Below, piece by piece: positions 12,412 to 24,650 of a stretch of 64,000 nucleotides of DNA. The notes below the pieces were generated by a model. That model was not told the DNA's origin. It saw only the letters and a list, made by a program, of their open reading frames with translations, and did not search any database. Every line of letters begins with the position of its first letter. The stretch's first letter is position 1. This DNA is from Lama glama. Lineage: Eukaryota. Position numbers and translations under genes: made by a program. The stretch spans positions 5,768,001 through 5,832,000 of the forward strand of contig CM052817.1 of assembly GCA_028534125.1 (NCBI GenBank), in the 5' to 3' direction.

Positions 12412-12965
12412 TATAGCCCACAGCTAACATTCATACTCAATGGTGAAAAACCAAAGTTTTTCCTCCAAGATTAGCAATAAGGCAAAAATACCATTCTTGC
12501 CACTTCTATTCAGAAACCCTAGCCAGAGCAATTAAGTGAAAAAAAGAAATAAAATTATCCAAGTCAGAAAGGAAGTAGCAAAGTTGTCCTTCTTCACAGA
12601 CAACATGATCTTGTATATAGGAAGTCCTAAAGGCTTCACCAAAAACTGTTAGAACTAAAAAATGGATTCAGTAAAGTTGCAGGATACAGAATCAACATAC
12701 ACATATCAGCTGTGTTTCAGTATGCTAACAATGAATTATTTAAAAAGGAAATTAGGAAAATAATCCCATTTGCAAGCATCAAAAAGAATAAAATACTTAG
12801 GAATAAACAAAGAAGGTGAAAGTCTTTTGCACTGAAAAAACATTTATGAAAGACACAAATAAATGGAAAGATATCCCATGTTCATGGATTAGAAGACTTA
12901 ATATTGTTAAAATACCCATACAACCCAAAGTGATCTACAGATTCAATGAAATCTCTGTCAAATTC
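12412..12965 (+). mobile_element. L1 ORF2 reverse-transcriptase-region fragment, inverted relative to the adjacent L1
   Basis: cccacagctaacat...aatggtgaaaaa, ttcacagacaacatgatc (decayed FADDM), [17 protein letters not shown]...IYRFN. Confidence 0.85.
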
Positions 12966-13329
12966 TCTGCCTGCCTGGCCTTCCCTTCCACTCTGAGTGA
13001 CTGCAAGGGGGCCGGAAATGGGATGACTCCACTTTGACCTGGGAAATTTTTACCCTGAGGGAGACGCCTTGGATACAGAAGTAGAAATTTACAAAACAAA
13101 GACATCAGAAGGTCCCAAGTAATTATCTGAAACATCTCACTAGAAAAACAGCTGATCTGCATTATACGATCCCTCACTCCTGTCTCCTAGCCTTCTTTGT
13201 GCCCTCAGGGCAAGTCAGTCTCTCTCTGATTGCCATGAAAACCCCCAAGCAGGAAGCTCACAGCTTTGAGAAGCAGCGAGCTCCAGAGACCAGAGCACCA
13301 ACTCTGGTGTGAGTCGCCTGTACTCTGGT

Positions 13330-13720
13330 TTTGTTCGTTCTTTCAACAGCTATTTAGTGAGCACCTATTACATGCCAGGTCCTGCTCTGAGTGCTGGGGT
13401 TTCTGCAAAGAACAAAACAGGAAAATTCCCTGTCCTCAGGGAGCTTCCATTTGAGTGGAGGAAAGATATGAAACAAATTAACATAGAACTGTGTAAGTCC
13501 TGGTGCTTGAAAAGTGCTAAGAAGAAAGCTGGTGAGCACCAGTGAAGAGGTGCTGTTTGAACTACTGTGATTGGAAAGATGTTTTTGAGAAGACACCACA
13601 GCAGCAGAGACCTCAGTGACGTGAGGGAGGTGGGGGCTGGGCAAACGTCTAGGGGAGGAGGCTTTCAGGTGGAGGAGCAGGTGCAAAGGCCCCAGGGTGG
13701 GCCTCACCCAAGCAGTTGAA
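13330..13720 (-). mobile_element. L2 LINE 3' fragment
   Basis: tttcaacagctatttagtgagcacctattacatgccagg...ccctgtcctcagggagctt (L2 tail, reversed). Confidence 0.7.
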
Positions 13721-13729
13721 AGCCCTAAG

Positions 13730-13966
13730 AGAAAGTGACTGAGGTCCCCCAGGAAGAGGGAGCTCGGCCAGCAGATGGCCTGCAGACTTGAGCTGCAGCA
13801 TCGGCTCTTCCCTGGGTCTCCAGCTGCCCTGCAGATTGTAGACTTGCCAGCCCCCATGTTACAGGAGCCAATTCCTGAAACTACATCTCTCCCTCAATCT
13901 CTCTCTCTCCCTCTACAACCCCCTCCCACACTGATTCTCTTTCTCTGGAGAGCCCTGCCTCGTACA
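13730..13966 (+). mobile_element. MLT2-like (ERVL) LTR 3' part
   Basis: ctccagctgccctgcagattgtagacttgccagcccc...gagccaattcct...ttctctggagagccctg..taca. Confidence 0.7.
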
Positions 13967-16756
13967 GGGGCCGTCCTGACCCAGCTGGGGCCTCAGGGAA
14001 GGCCTCCCTCCTCCTTGCTCCTTCACTGAGTGCCCTGTTCTACAGGCGCATGGCCTCTCTGAGTGTGGCAGCCAGGAGGATGTGCCCACAGACCCCCACG
14101 CACAGGGCTGGACCTGACCAAGGGCCACAGCCACTGTGCTCTACCACCCATCAGCCTGGGTGTCCAGGCCGGGCTTTGGGGGCTGTTCCCAGCAAGTGAC
14201 AGCACAGCCAGGAAATGAAGCAGGCTTGTTCCCGGGACGTGCCGCTCCTCTGGGGCTGACGCTGGCTGGAGGGTGCGTTAGGGCCTTGCTGAACCTTCCT
14301 CATACTGCACGTCACCTAAAGCCCCACTACCCAACCCCCGTCCCTCGCTTCTTCGCTGGGGGCTGGCCTGGTCCCGCGGCCTGTGGTCTCTCCATCTCCC
14401 CTGGTCCCTCCACATTCACTCACAGGCCCTCACTTACCCCAATAAATCCCTGCCCACTAGTCCCCCTGGTGTCCACTTCTTAGAGGACCTGGCTGTACAG
14501 TCAGTGTCCAAGATATCGAAGTCCAACCCCAGCAGAGATGCACTGAGGAGGAGTCGGCTGGGCAAGAAGGAAGCACATGCATTTCCAACAAGGCAGCATC
14601 TCCTGGGCCCCTCGACAGCCCTTTGAGACAGGCCCACTATTACCGGGCGACGTGGAAGGTCTTCCCACGGCCCAGGACCTTTCTGCATGACCCCGGGTCT
14701 CGTCTGGACCCGGGATGCTTGGGGCCTCTATGGGCAGTCATTTCCTTCCCCTCCTTGACAAGGACCTGCTTGATAAACGATGAGTGTCTGGACTGACTGA
14801 TGATTGTCATGACCATAGCCGACTTTGTACAGCGTTTTTGCACGTTGCAGTCTTCTCACATCCATAATCTTCTCTGATCCTTCCAGTCCCTGGAGCTAGG
14901 CATCTGTGTTACTCCCATTTTACAGGTGAGAAAACCAAGCCTCATCTGAGACACTGAGCAACTCACCAGGGCTCCCAGGGCTGCAGTGTTGGGAAGCGGA
15001 GGCTGGAACCCACCCACCCCGAGCCCACACGCAGGGGGCTTCCAGAGAGCCTGGGCGCCTCAACATCACAGCAGTGACGCCCCCGGAATAGAGAAGGAAA
15101 GAAAGTGTGTACACTTAGCGGCTGACACCAGAATGTCTCTCAAGGAAAGAACTGTCTTGGCTGAGAAAAATATTTTGATAAGTGTCTGGAGTAAGAGGTT
15201 TGCCAGTCAGCTGGTTCCAGCTTCAGGAGGGAGGGACGCTGCTCCACATACTAGAAGGAGAAGAAAGTGGAGCTCAGGGGCCCTGAGGAGGCAGAGTGGA
15301 GGCCTGGAGATGAGGGGGGAAGGCAGAGGCTGGGGAGGCCGGAAGCCGGGCACCTTGGGTAGCACCGGGCTTTTAAGGGGTGGTTCTGAGCTGTGTTTTC
15401 CTGCCCGCTGTGGACTCTTGTGTGTTCTGCAGGAAGAGACCTGTTTCCCTGGGCTCTGCAGCCTGTCCCACCAGCAGGCTCTCTAGCCAGGGAACAAGGA
15501 GCCCTGGGAGACGGCTATTCCTGGGGGCAAAGTGGGGAGATGCTCAGAGCTCACTCACCATGGCTACATTGTAAGAGGGAAAGCAGGGCCAGGTCTCCCG
15601 AGAGCAGGTGGCCATGGAGGCAGAGGTAAGACTTCAGAGGGACAGTGTGCTGTGTCCCTCTGCCAGGTTCAGGAGATGGTACGGTCTTTCTAGTTGACCA
15701 GTGTGAGCACAGGGCACGAAACTGTCCCTTTCTCTCTTCAGCCATCCCCAGGTGGACACGGTTGGCCAGGGGCCTCCAGGCAAGAGCAGGGCCTGAGAGG
15801 GGATGACCACCCCAGGGCTTCCTTCCAGGGTACCTGGCTTGGGTTTTTGTGGATGCATTTAGGGGGAGGAGGCTGCAGGAAGACTGGGTCACCTCCGGCA
15901 TCCTCCCCTATCCAGAGCCCACGCAGCACAAAGCACTGCTCTCGCACAAGTCTCCACCCAGGCCTGCCTCCTTCCCCTCCTGCCCTGTTTATTTCTATTA
16001 TTTCCACACTTCTGTGATCACATGGATTTATTTAATGTTCTATTTTCTCCCCAATGAGCATTACTACTAAGCATGCCTTCAAAAAGCTACCATCATCTTT
16101 TAATTGTTTGTTACATAAGTGAAGCAAGTTGGCTTGGGGGTAGAATTTCTGGTTTTGAATACCGAAATGCAAGTACTTACTTAACTGTTCTTTGATGCAA
16201 CAGACGCATATCTGGAGTTCAACCCTGGCTCAAATATAGAAAAATCACAATATTGCAGTGGACATTTTCTGAGCCTTAAACCTAGCAACCAACGGGGCAA
16301 TGATCTCTTGCTAATATATTTGTCTGTATGTACATAATGTGTCATAATTATAAGCACACACTCAAGGCAGCACCCTGCCCTGTAATGAACTCAGGACTGG
16401 AGTGTGTTTGGCTGACTTTAAACCTTATTTCTGTCTCCACCAGCCTCTCTGATTTTCTGTCTGAGGGCTCTGAGGTTCTGGAGATTTGTGATATCGGAGA
16501 TTATGAAAGCAAAGCACCTGTTGTGGAGAAGGCATTTGACACGTTATAGCAATAAAATGGTGTACTGGCAAGAGAAAGCTTTGAAAGCTTTCATGCACAG
16601 AGGCATTTCACTCCATTATTTATTATAAATAAAAATTAGAAGCAATCGGAATGTCCAACAATTTTGAGATTTCAAGTAAATAAAACAAACTATATTTAAA
16701 ATGAAGGTGAAGTCCGAATTCAACCATGACTCATTTTCCTTCCTTGACATGAGGCA

Positions 16757-17000
16757 TGAGCTTCCTGTGCTGCTCTAATAAATCACCACAAACAAATCAC
16801 CAGAGGGGCTAAAACAGTGAGACTCACTCGGCAGTTCTGGAGGTCGGAGGTCCAAAGTGGGCCTCGCTGGGCTGACATCCAGGTGTCGGCAGGGCTCTGC
16901 CCCTCCTGGAGGCTCTAGAGGGACATCCATTCCCGGGCCTTTTCCAGCTTCTAGACGCTGCCTGCGTTTCCTCGGCTCCTGGCCCCTTCTGCCGTCTTCA
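16757..17000 (-). mobile_element. MLT1 LTR fragment
   Basis: cagttctggaggtcggaggtccaaagtgggcctcgctgggctgacatccaggtgtcggcagggct...ggaggctctagaggg. Confidence 0.75.
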
Positions 17001-17329
17001 GAAGTTTCCCTTTTGCTTATGCTGTTTGAGTCTCTGTCTCTTACACCCTAAAGGGCCCTGACAGATGCGGCTTCTCTGCCCCCGATGTGTGAGGTGTTGC
17101 CTTATCACATTCCCTGTGCTAATACTTCACTTCCACTCAATTAAACAAACCACCGCTTCTCACAGTGGAGATTTGGGCTCTTTCCCCTTTTAGAGATGCT
17201 GGGGGCTTCTCCACTGGCAGGAGGGCACAAATAGATCAGACCCAGGTCTGGGACTGCACCCCTGGCCACTCTGAAGTGGGGGTGGGGAGGGGTGGGAGAG
17301 CGGGAAGGGGCGTGTGGTGTGGACTGACT

Positions 17330-17775
17330 GCGCTGACGGCCCCCATCGCGGCCTCCCCTGCGTCTTTGCCCTTTGCTCTGTAACTGCGTAGCCCCTCCCG
17401 CTCCGACTCTGGGGCTTGACTCTGTGACTTACTCTAGCCTGCAGTATTTTAGCTGTTTTGAAACTTGAAGAACTGCTTTTCAGTTCCCCTCTCTGGGACC
17501 TCTGTGCTCACCAGGAGAACATGCTTGAGCTAGCCTGCTGGGGGTGAGGCACGTGGAGCAGAGCTGAGCCACCCTGGATCAGCCGGCTGACCCCCAGACA
17601 TGTGAGAGAGCTTCTGCTGAGACCAGAAGAGCTGCAAGGGCGAGCCCTATCCAGGTTAAGAGAACTTACAGCTGACCCCTAGACTTGGGAACAATAAGCG
17701 TCCCTGTCTTAAGCCAGTGAGTTCCAAAATGGTTTGTTATGCAGCATCATTATGGCAACAGCTAGCTGCTACAGG
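17330..17775 (+). mobile_element. Old MLT1 (F/G/H-like) LTR
   Basis: 3' end ttaagccagtgagttcc...ggtttgttatgcagca...gctagctgctaca. Confidence 0.6.
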
Positions 17776-20056
17776 GCATGTCCACCAAATTACCAACAGA
17801 CTAGGCAAGGTATATCTCCCACCATGCCAAACCAAGTGCTAGAGAATAAAGTGTTTTATTTATGCTCAAAGGTTCCAGAGCAAGACTGTCAGAGTTCAAA
17901 TCCCAGTGCTGCCATTTGCTAACTTTGTGTCCTTGGTCAAATTATCCCATCATCATTTTTTGGGGTCTGAAAATGGAAATAATAATGTGATTTACTTTCC
18001 ATGGTTGTTGTGAAGGATTAACAATCTAATACACGTGAAGTTCTTAGGATGAAATAAATAGTTCTTGATGCAGATGAGCTATTGATGAGGAGTGTGTCCA
18101 TCTGCCTTAACCAGATGCCCCCCTCAGCTCCTGGAGGGCTGGAAGGCCAGTGTTTGCTCCCCTCTCCCCATCACTGGGCAGAACACCCAGCACAGTAAAT
18201 AGCCATTGTTTGCCGGATGCCTGGAGTGACATGAGCACTTTCATTAGGACAGATGCAGATTCCAATATTCTATTCCAATCTAAGGCCAACATTGTTCTTT
18301 TTATAAAGTGCACATGCAATATTTATCATTTTTTTCCCACAACTGGCCTTCTCTCTCACTCACTGCTGTGCTGTGAAATAAATCTTTTAAATCTTCTTTG
18401 CTGTCTGGTATTTGCATGCTCTGCCCATTCCAACTGTACTTAATTGGAGCGTTTCCCAAGAGTTCCTCCCGTGTGGAGCCAGATGGGTGGATGGACATCT
18501 CGCACGCCAGGAGAGATGGAGCTGGAGGAAAAGCTGTCTTCCAACAGCCCATAAGCCAGGTGCTTTTGGGAATCAGATCCTCTCAGCTCTTTCTCAGCCG
18601 CTTTGTTTTAACTCCAGAACCTCTACCTTCTGAGAATCAAGCCTGAGTTTTGGATGGTTTTCCTCCCCATGGGCCCCAGGGGAAACCCCCCTCAAACATT
18701 ACCCACTGGTGTCCCTCTACGCGTGAGGGTGGTGGGAGGAAAATCACCCTCAGGTTCCAGTCCTTCTTTTGTCACTTGCGGCTGTGAGATGGGGAAGGGG
18801 TCATTAACCAGGGTCCCCTGCGGGCTTCTGAGAGAGCAGGTTCACGTTCCACCCCACCACCAAGCTCCGCACATGTTGTGTATGTGGGCCCTCGACTGAA
18901 GAAAGCTCTGTCATCTCCACCAATTTGTAAAGGCCTGTAGAAACCAAAAACCACATAACCACAGCCCTGGGGAAGGCACTTCACCCCTCTAAGCCTCTGT
19001 TTCTTCATCCAGAAAATAAAGGCAACGATATTGTTCTCTGACTTCACATTCTAGACATGCTGTAAACGAGAAAATAGATCCCAACCACGAACTGCCAGAC
19101 AAACACAGGCGGCTACTAACATTTCATCATGACTTTGGTTAATTCAGAAAATACCGAGGTTGTTTGGATTTTAAAATATGTTGCACAAATTATATAAAGG
19201 ACTTCATATAATTCTCAGTTTTTTTCTTGGATGTGGACATTAGTGAAATTTAGATTAGAGGACAGGATATGGATAACAGGGAAATGGACAGAGTCTTCAG
19301 TAATAATGACAGCAGATTGTACTACCACATAGATATATAATCATCTAATTTAATCCTTACAACAAGCCCATGGGGGATGTTTATATCATTTCCTTTTTAT
19401 AGACGAGGGTTCTGAGAATCAGAGAGGTGAAAAGAATTGGCCGAGGACAGACTGCAGAGCCGGGATGTGAAGGTAGCACTACTATTCTGAGTCCTCATGC
19501 TTAACCAAGGTGCTGCTGACCGTGTCTTGTTTTATAAAACTAAAAGGATGGGAATTCTGTTGTTCATTCTACATTTCTATCTCCAGGCAAAATGACTTTG
19601 CCTTTTCTGGGCTCTATAGAAATGCCTCTGATTCTTAGAGCTGTGCTTTGAACTGGCCCAGCACCTCCCCATTCAGGGAGTTTAAGGAAAACTACACAAG
19701 GCGACTGCCAAGCCCCACGTGGGCCTCCTGTTCCCCTCCTGTAAAACGGGTACATTTCTGTTTCCCTGCAGGGCTGATGGGAACATTCGGGTGGGCGTTG
19801 GTACAGAGGCCCCGTGCTAGTGTGATGTGAGTGCTTATTCTGTGCCTGTGTATCCCCTTTCCTTGCTGTTAATGTTAAGATGGGAGAGCTGGTTAGTAAG
19901 GAAGAGAAGAGTGGAAAGAGGGCCCGAAAAGACCTACACTGCTAAGAAGTCTGGGTTTGCAGCGTCTCTGCGGTTGGGACCACCTGAGAGGGGCGATGGA
20001 CAGACATGAAGTGACCTGGATCTTCTCCTGCTCTGTCCTAGCTTTTCCAGACTCCC

Positions 20057-21065
20057 TGTCACTAACTGTTACTTGCCATCTGGTTCTACAGGAATGAAGT
20101 CACTAGCCACTGTTGCCTCTGACCTTTAACACACCCTGAGAGGAGCTCAGGGTGGAGGTCAGGAATGAGGCCCTCTGCTCCGGGAAAACTGGCAGAGCGG
20201 TCCTTCAGGTAGCTAGAGACTTCCAGGAGGAGATTTTATGAGCCCAATGTCTTGCATCATATCTAGAAAAGCACTAGAAGCATTAATGGAGACATCTGCT
20301 CCCTGTGACTAGCAGCAAATGAGACAGGAGGGAAGGGGACAGACACAACTGTTAAAAGAACGACATGGCCATTGAGGATTGGACAAATACTGGTTAGAAC
20401 CAGGTAGGCCCAAGATTTAACTTTCCGTAGACCTGGAGCCTTATTATACACTCATTGCAATACATTAGCTGCTAAGTAGCCCTCCCACACTTCCGAGGCT
20501 GACCATAAAAGGCAGAGAAGTAGGAGGTGGCCCAATTCCTGGACATCCCCACCCCTTCTCCAAAATAGTTGGAATAGTCCTCCCACTCATTAGCATATGA
20601 AATTACCTGGCCCATAAAAACTAACCACCTCCACACCAGGGGCTACTCTCCCCTTCTGAGATGGACCACATTCTGCCACGGAACATGTACCTCTCTAAAT
20701 AAACTCCCTTTGACTCTACTCTGGCTCACTCTTTGCTGCACAAAGCCAAGGCCCCTCACTTGGCAGCCTGTCCCAGGGACTCACTCACCTGAGACCTGGG
20801 ATGTGACCTTTCTCTCGTTTTCCCTACTTCTGCAACACAACCTTCTTATGACCAGCAGTAACCTTCTGCCAAAATGTGTGCTTGACTGCACACATCCCCC
20901 TTCACCAAAATCACATATATATTGACCACCTCACCTTCCTCTTCGGAGCAGTTCCTCAGCGTTATCTGAGAGGTTGTCGCCTGGGCTATAGTGCTAATTT
21001 GGCCCTAAATAAAACTTAACTCACAGCTCTCACGTTGTGCTTTTTTTTTTTTTTTTCAGTTGATG
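20057..21065 (+). mobile_element. ERV1-type solo LTR acting as host to a nested LTR at 20320-20837
   Basis: Host text rejoins across the insert (agcagcaa|ccttcttatgaccagcagtaaccttct); aaataaaactt poly(A) signal near 21008; ends tttcagttga. Confidence 0.6.
20320..20837 (+). mobile_element. ERV1 solo LTR, MER41-like, copy 1
   Basis: TGAGACAGG...GCAACA ends, 4-bp TSD CAAA/CAAC, AATAAA near 20698; collinear with 21855-22392. Confidence 0.75.
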
Positions 21066-21238
21066 CTGATCTTTGTCCCCTCCCAGGGCCACCCACAGCA
21101 GGCTGCTGGGAAGATGAAATGGATCAGGGTGTCCTAGGGAACCCCGCAGAGAGGGGTGGCCCTGGTCCCAGCACACCTTGCAGTGCTGACCCCCGTGAAG
21201 AGGCTGGGGCCGCATGGGCCAGGCTAAGGGCCCCCTAC

Positions 21239-21371
21239 CTTTCTCAGCTCCCACCCAGTCATGCTTCTCAAAGAGCAGGTAGTGTGGGCTCTCGGGGAGA
21301 AAGGGCAGGCTCACCAGCTGGACCAAGGCAGGGATGGCAATCACTCCAAACAGGTATGGCCAGGTGCTCTC
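21239..21371 (-). pseudogene. SLC2A9: SLC2A9 exon 6 equivalent (133 nt, frame intact)
   Basis: ttcctcag|GAGAGC...GAGAAAG|gtaggg; translates [44 protein letters not shown]. Confidence 0.95.
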
Positions 21372-21854
21372 CTGAGGAAGAAGAGGAGGCTAGTGAATGA
21401 TGAGGCCTTCGGTCATTATTTGGGGGCTGGGCCCCTGGGCCAAGCAGCTTCTGCTCTTTGCACAAGGTCCCTCTGCCCAGTGTGAGTCCCATGAACAAGG
21501 CTGCGGGAGGGAATGGACACTGGTTTAGCACCAGGCCGCCGTGTTTGGCATCTCCACACACAGGGCTGGTGAACCCTCAGAGCCACCTGTGAGGAGGTTA
21601 CCTGCGGGGTGACTCTGAGAAGGAGGAGTTCAGGGAAGCCAAGGGCTGGCCTACTCCAAGGTCCTTGGGCTATTTCCCCTCTAATACTTCCTCTTTGTGT
21701 GGTCTTGGAAACCATTTTCACGGCCTCTCAGAATCCCTTTGTCCTCACCTGGGGGACGAGGACAGCCACAGCCACCTCTCAGGCAATTGTGAGAGAGAGA
21801 TCAGATAATGCTTTGACTGTAGGGCCTGGCACACAGTAGGTGCACAGAGGAAAT

Positions 21855-22392
21855 TGAGACAGGAAGGAAGGGGGCAGGGCACAACCATTAAGAGAATGGC
21901 ACAGCCATTGAGGGAAACAGGATGTGACAAAAACTGGTTAGAACCAACCAGGCCCAAGATGGCAGAAGATTTGACTTCCAATGGACCTTGACCTCAATAT
22001 ACACTGGTTGTGTTGTATTAGCTGCTAAATTACATGCCCACTGGCACCAAGAGAGCCATAAGGCTGATCATAAAAGGCCAAAAGGTGGGCAGTGACCCAA
22101 TTTCTGGAAATCTAGTTGGAATAATCCTCCCACTTGTTAGTCTATGAAATTACCCAGCCCATAAAAACTAAACACCCCCACACCCTGGGGCCATTGTCAC
22201 ATTTGAGATGGGCCACACTCTGTCTATGGAGTGCGTATCTCTCTAAAAAAACTTGCTTTCGCTTTACTGTGGTTTGCTCTTGAATTCTTTCTGCACGAAG
22301 CCAAGGACAGTCACTTGGTGGGGTGCATCCCAGGGATCTGCTGGAGACCTAGGACACAACCATCCTCTCATGCACCCCATTTTCTTGCAATA
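21855..22392 (+). mobile_element. ERV1 solo LTR, MER41-like, copy 2
   Basis: TGAGACAGG...GCAATA ends, TSD AAAT/AAAC; 3' part ctctgtctatggagt...aacttgctttcgctttact...ttgaattctttctgcacgaagccaag resembles MER41-family LTRs. Confidence 0.75.
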
Positions 22393-23351
22393 AAACTACT
22401 GCTGTATTGGTGCCAATGCCCCAATGCCTCCGGGGCGCACAGCACCCGGCCCACCTTGCTCCTGTCCTTGAACATGCAGGAAGAGTGGCTGCAGGTTTCC
22501 CACATCCCGGAGGAAGTGAGGATGATGAAGGGCGGGACACAGCTCACCCCGGGGGTGGGGGAACCTTTACTTTTCCCACCAGCTGTGGCTGTGAAATGCA
22601 AGGAGGGTCTACCACAGGCACCATTCCAGAAGCATTTTGAGCCACTTCAAGCAGCACCATTTGCCTATAGTGCAGCCTAAATGCACAGAGCTCGTATTAT
22701 TATGCTGATTAAGCCAGCATTCATCCCGATTTTTTTTTTAGCCTAGGTTTACAAATAAACTCTTATTGTGCTTCAGAAAGGAGAGAGTGCAACAGGGGGG
22801 CAGGTCTCATGGGGAGGAAGATGACAAAGTTCTCAACGCCCAGTTCTTGAATGTCTTATTTCCTAAGAAGTTACATGGAGACAGCCAAGGAGAAAAGAAG
22901 ACCCATCCAGACCTGGAAAGGCTTTGCACGGGGTGAAGGTTCAGCTGGGCTCAGGACAGGAGCCTGCGGGCACGCGCCCTTTGTGATGTGGAGACCACAG
23001 GGCCCTCAGCCCTCCTCTGTCTCTCACAGCTGCAGGGTTTCCCTGTGGTGTCTCCCTACTGACTCCCTGTGACAGAGGTCCCAGGGCAGTGCTGGGATCA
23101 CAGGAGGGTGGCGCAGCAGGGACCCCTGAAGTGCAGAGCTGGCCAAGGGGCGATGGCCAGTGCTTGGTCAGTGCCGTCCATTCTGCTCCCCTTTCTGTAC
23201 ATAATAACAATGTATATTTGCAAATTCCTCTGATCTCACTGGCCAGCACGACTCCCTGGCCCGTGAGGGACCTGTCAGGCGGATGCCAGGTTTCAGTTTG
23301 GTGGGGAGCTCCCTGTATGAGGCCAGGAGAGGAGACCAAAGGCAGATGAGT

Positions 23352-24007
23352 GGTTACCAGTGAAACCAAGCGGGACCCTGGGGGTCTTCCTGGTAATAGA
23401 ACCCTCTGTGTGCCCCACTTCTTGTTTGTAGGAAAAGCTTTGGCCTCTCTGAGTTTCAAAGATCAAGCTCAAGAAGTTGATAATTAAAGAAATGGGGAAT
23501 GCAGAAATAAAATGCAATCATGCAAGAAAAGTAATGGTAACTTAAACAATAAGCAAGCCAATCATAAAACAGAGTCACAGGACTCATGGCTCCTCCTGGG
23601 AGATACAGAGAGCATTTTGATGCACATTCTTGAGTTGTTTCTACAGAAACCAGGACCCCACCAGATGGAAACAGCAGACCATCAGCAGGTAGACCCCAGA
23701 CTGATGAATGTAGACTTCCAGGCTGGTTGGAGCCAGAAGACTGATGATTTAGATTCCTAAAATGTCACTCTATTGCCTCATCACCCACCAGTCAGAGAAT
23801 TGTGCACAGATGATCAGGTACCCTGTGAACCCCTCCATCACCCTATCTTTAAAAACCCTTCAAAAGCCATTGAGGAGTGTGAGTCAAGTCTTTTGAGCAT
23901 AAGCTGCCCCTTCTCCTTGCTTGTGGCCTGCAATAAATGCTGTACTTTCCTTCACCACAATTCAGCATCCGTAGATTGGCTTTGCTGTGTATTGGGCAAG
24001 TGAACCT
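23352..24007 (+). mobile_element. ERV1-type LTR (family uncertain)
   Basis: TATA-like tttaaaaacc, caataaatgctgtactttccttcaccac poly(A) region, LTR-like length. Confidence 0.6.
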
Positions 24008-24650
24008 GAGGGACTGGAGAGGGCAGAGAGGGGAGTGACTGCTGATGGGTGTGGGGTTACCCTTTGGGGTGTGAAATAAAATTCATATTTTATGGCAAGA
24101 CAAGAAAAATTTAAACATAAAAAATTTTCTCTGCCCTTTGACCTCCACTCTCCCCTCTTCTGTGTGTTAGATATCTGCATTACACATCCACCAGACTCCG
24201 TCACGGGCAGAAATGTCTGCTCAGCTGTAAAGAGTGACATTTTTCTAGCATCAACAAGACAACTTCTTAAAAGATAACATTCCTTCTTGATCTTGTAAGG
24301 GACCATGAACATGCTTAGATCTTGATTGTGTTAACTGTCAATAATAGGTCATTTAATGTACAGCCTTCTGTCTCAAAAAACTTATATAACTGTGCATCGA
24401 CTCCTAATGGGTGAAACACTTCTCAGAGCTTTCTTAGATGCTCTTCCTAGGCTATAAGCCTCAAATTTGGCTCAAATAAAAATTTCCATTTCTTTCTTAG
24501 ATTGACTGATTAATTTTTCATTCATGAGAATGATGAAAATATTCTGGAATCAGAAAGGAGTGATGGTTGTGCAACTTTGTGATTATACTGAAAACTACTT
24601 TTAAATGATGAATTTTATGGGATGTGAATTAAAAAGATTTTTTTAAAAAG
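24008..24650 (+). mobile_element. L1MB-type 3' end interrupted by an LTR
   Basis: ggggagtgactgctgatgggtgtggggtt...tttgggg, resuming tgatgaaaatattctggaat...gatggttgtgcaact. Confidence 0.7.
24070..24527 (+). mobile_element. ERV1-type solo LTR inserted in L1MB
   Basis: Starts tgtgaaataaaa, TATA cttatataac, aaataaaaatttcc signal; cleanly splits the L1MB tail. Confidence 0.65.

Noticed and set aside
20320..22392. Possible provirus or LTR-transduced exon between two similar LTRs
   Set aside because: Each LTR has its own TSD, and the intervening DNA is host LTR remainder, native exon 6 and intron, with no PBS, gag or pol.
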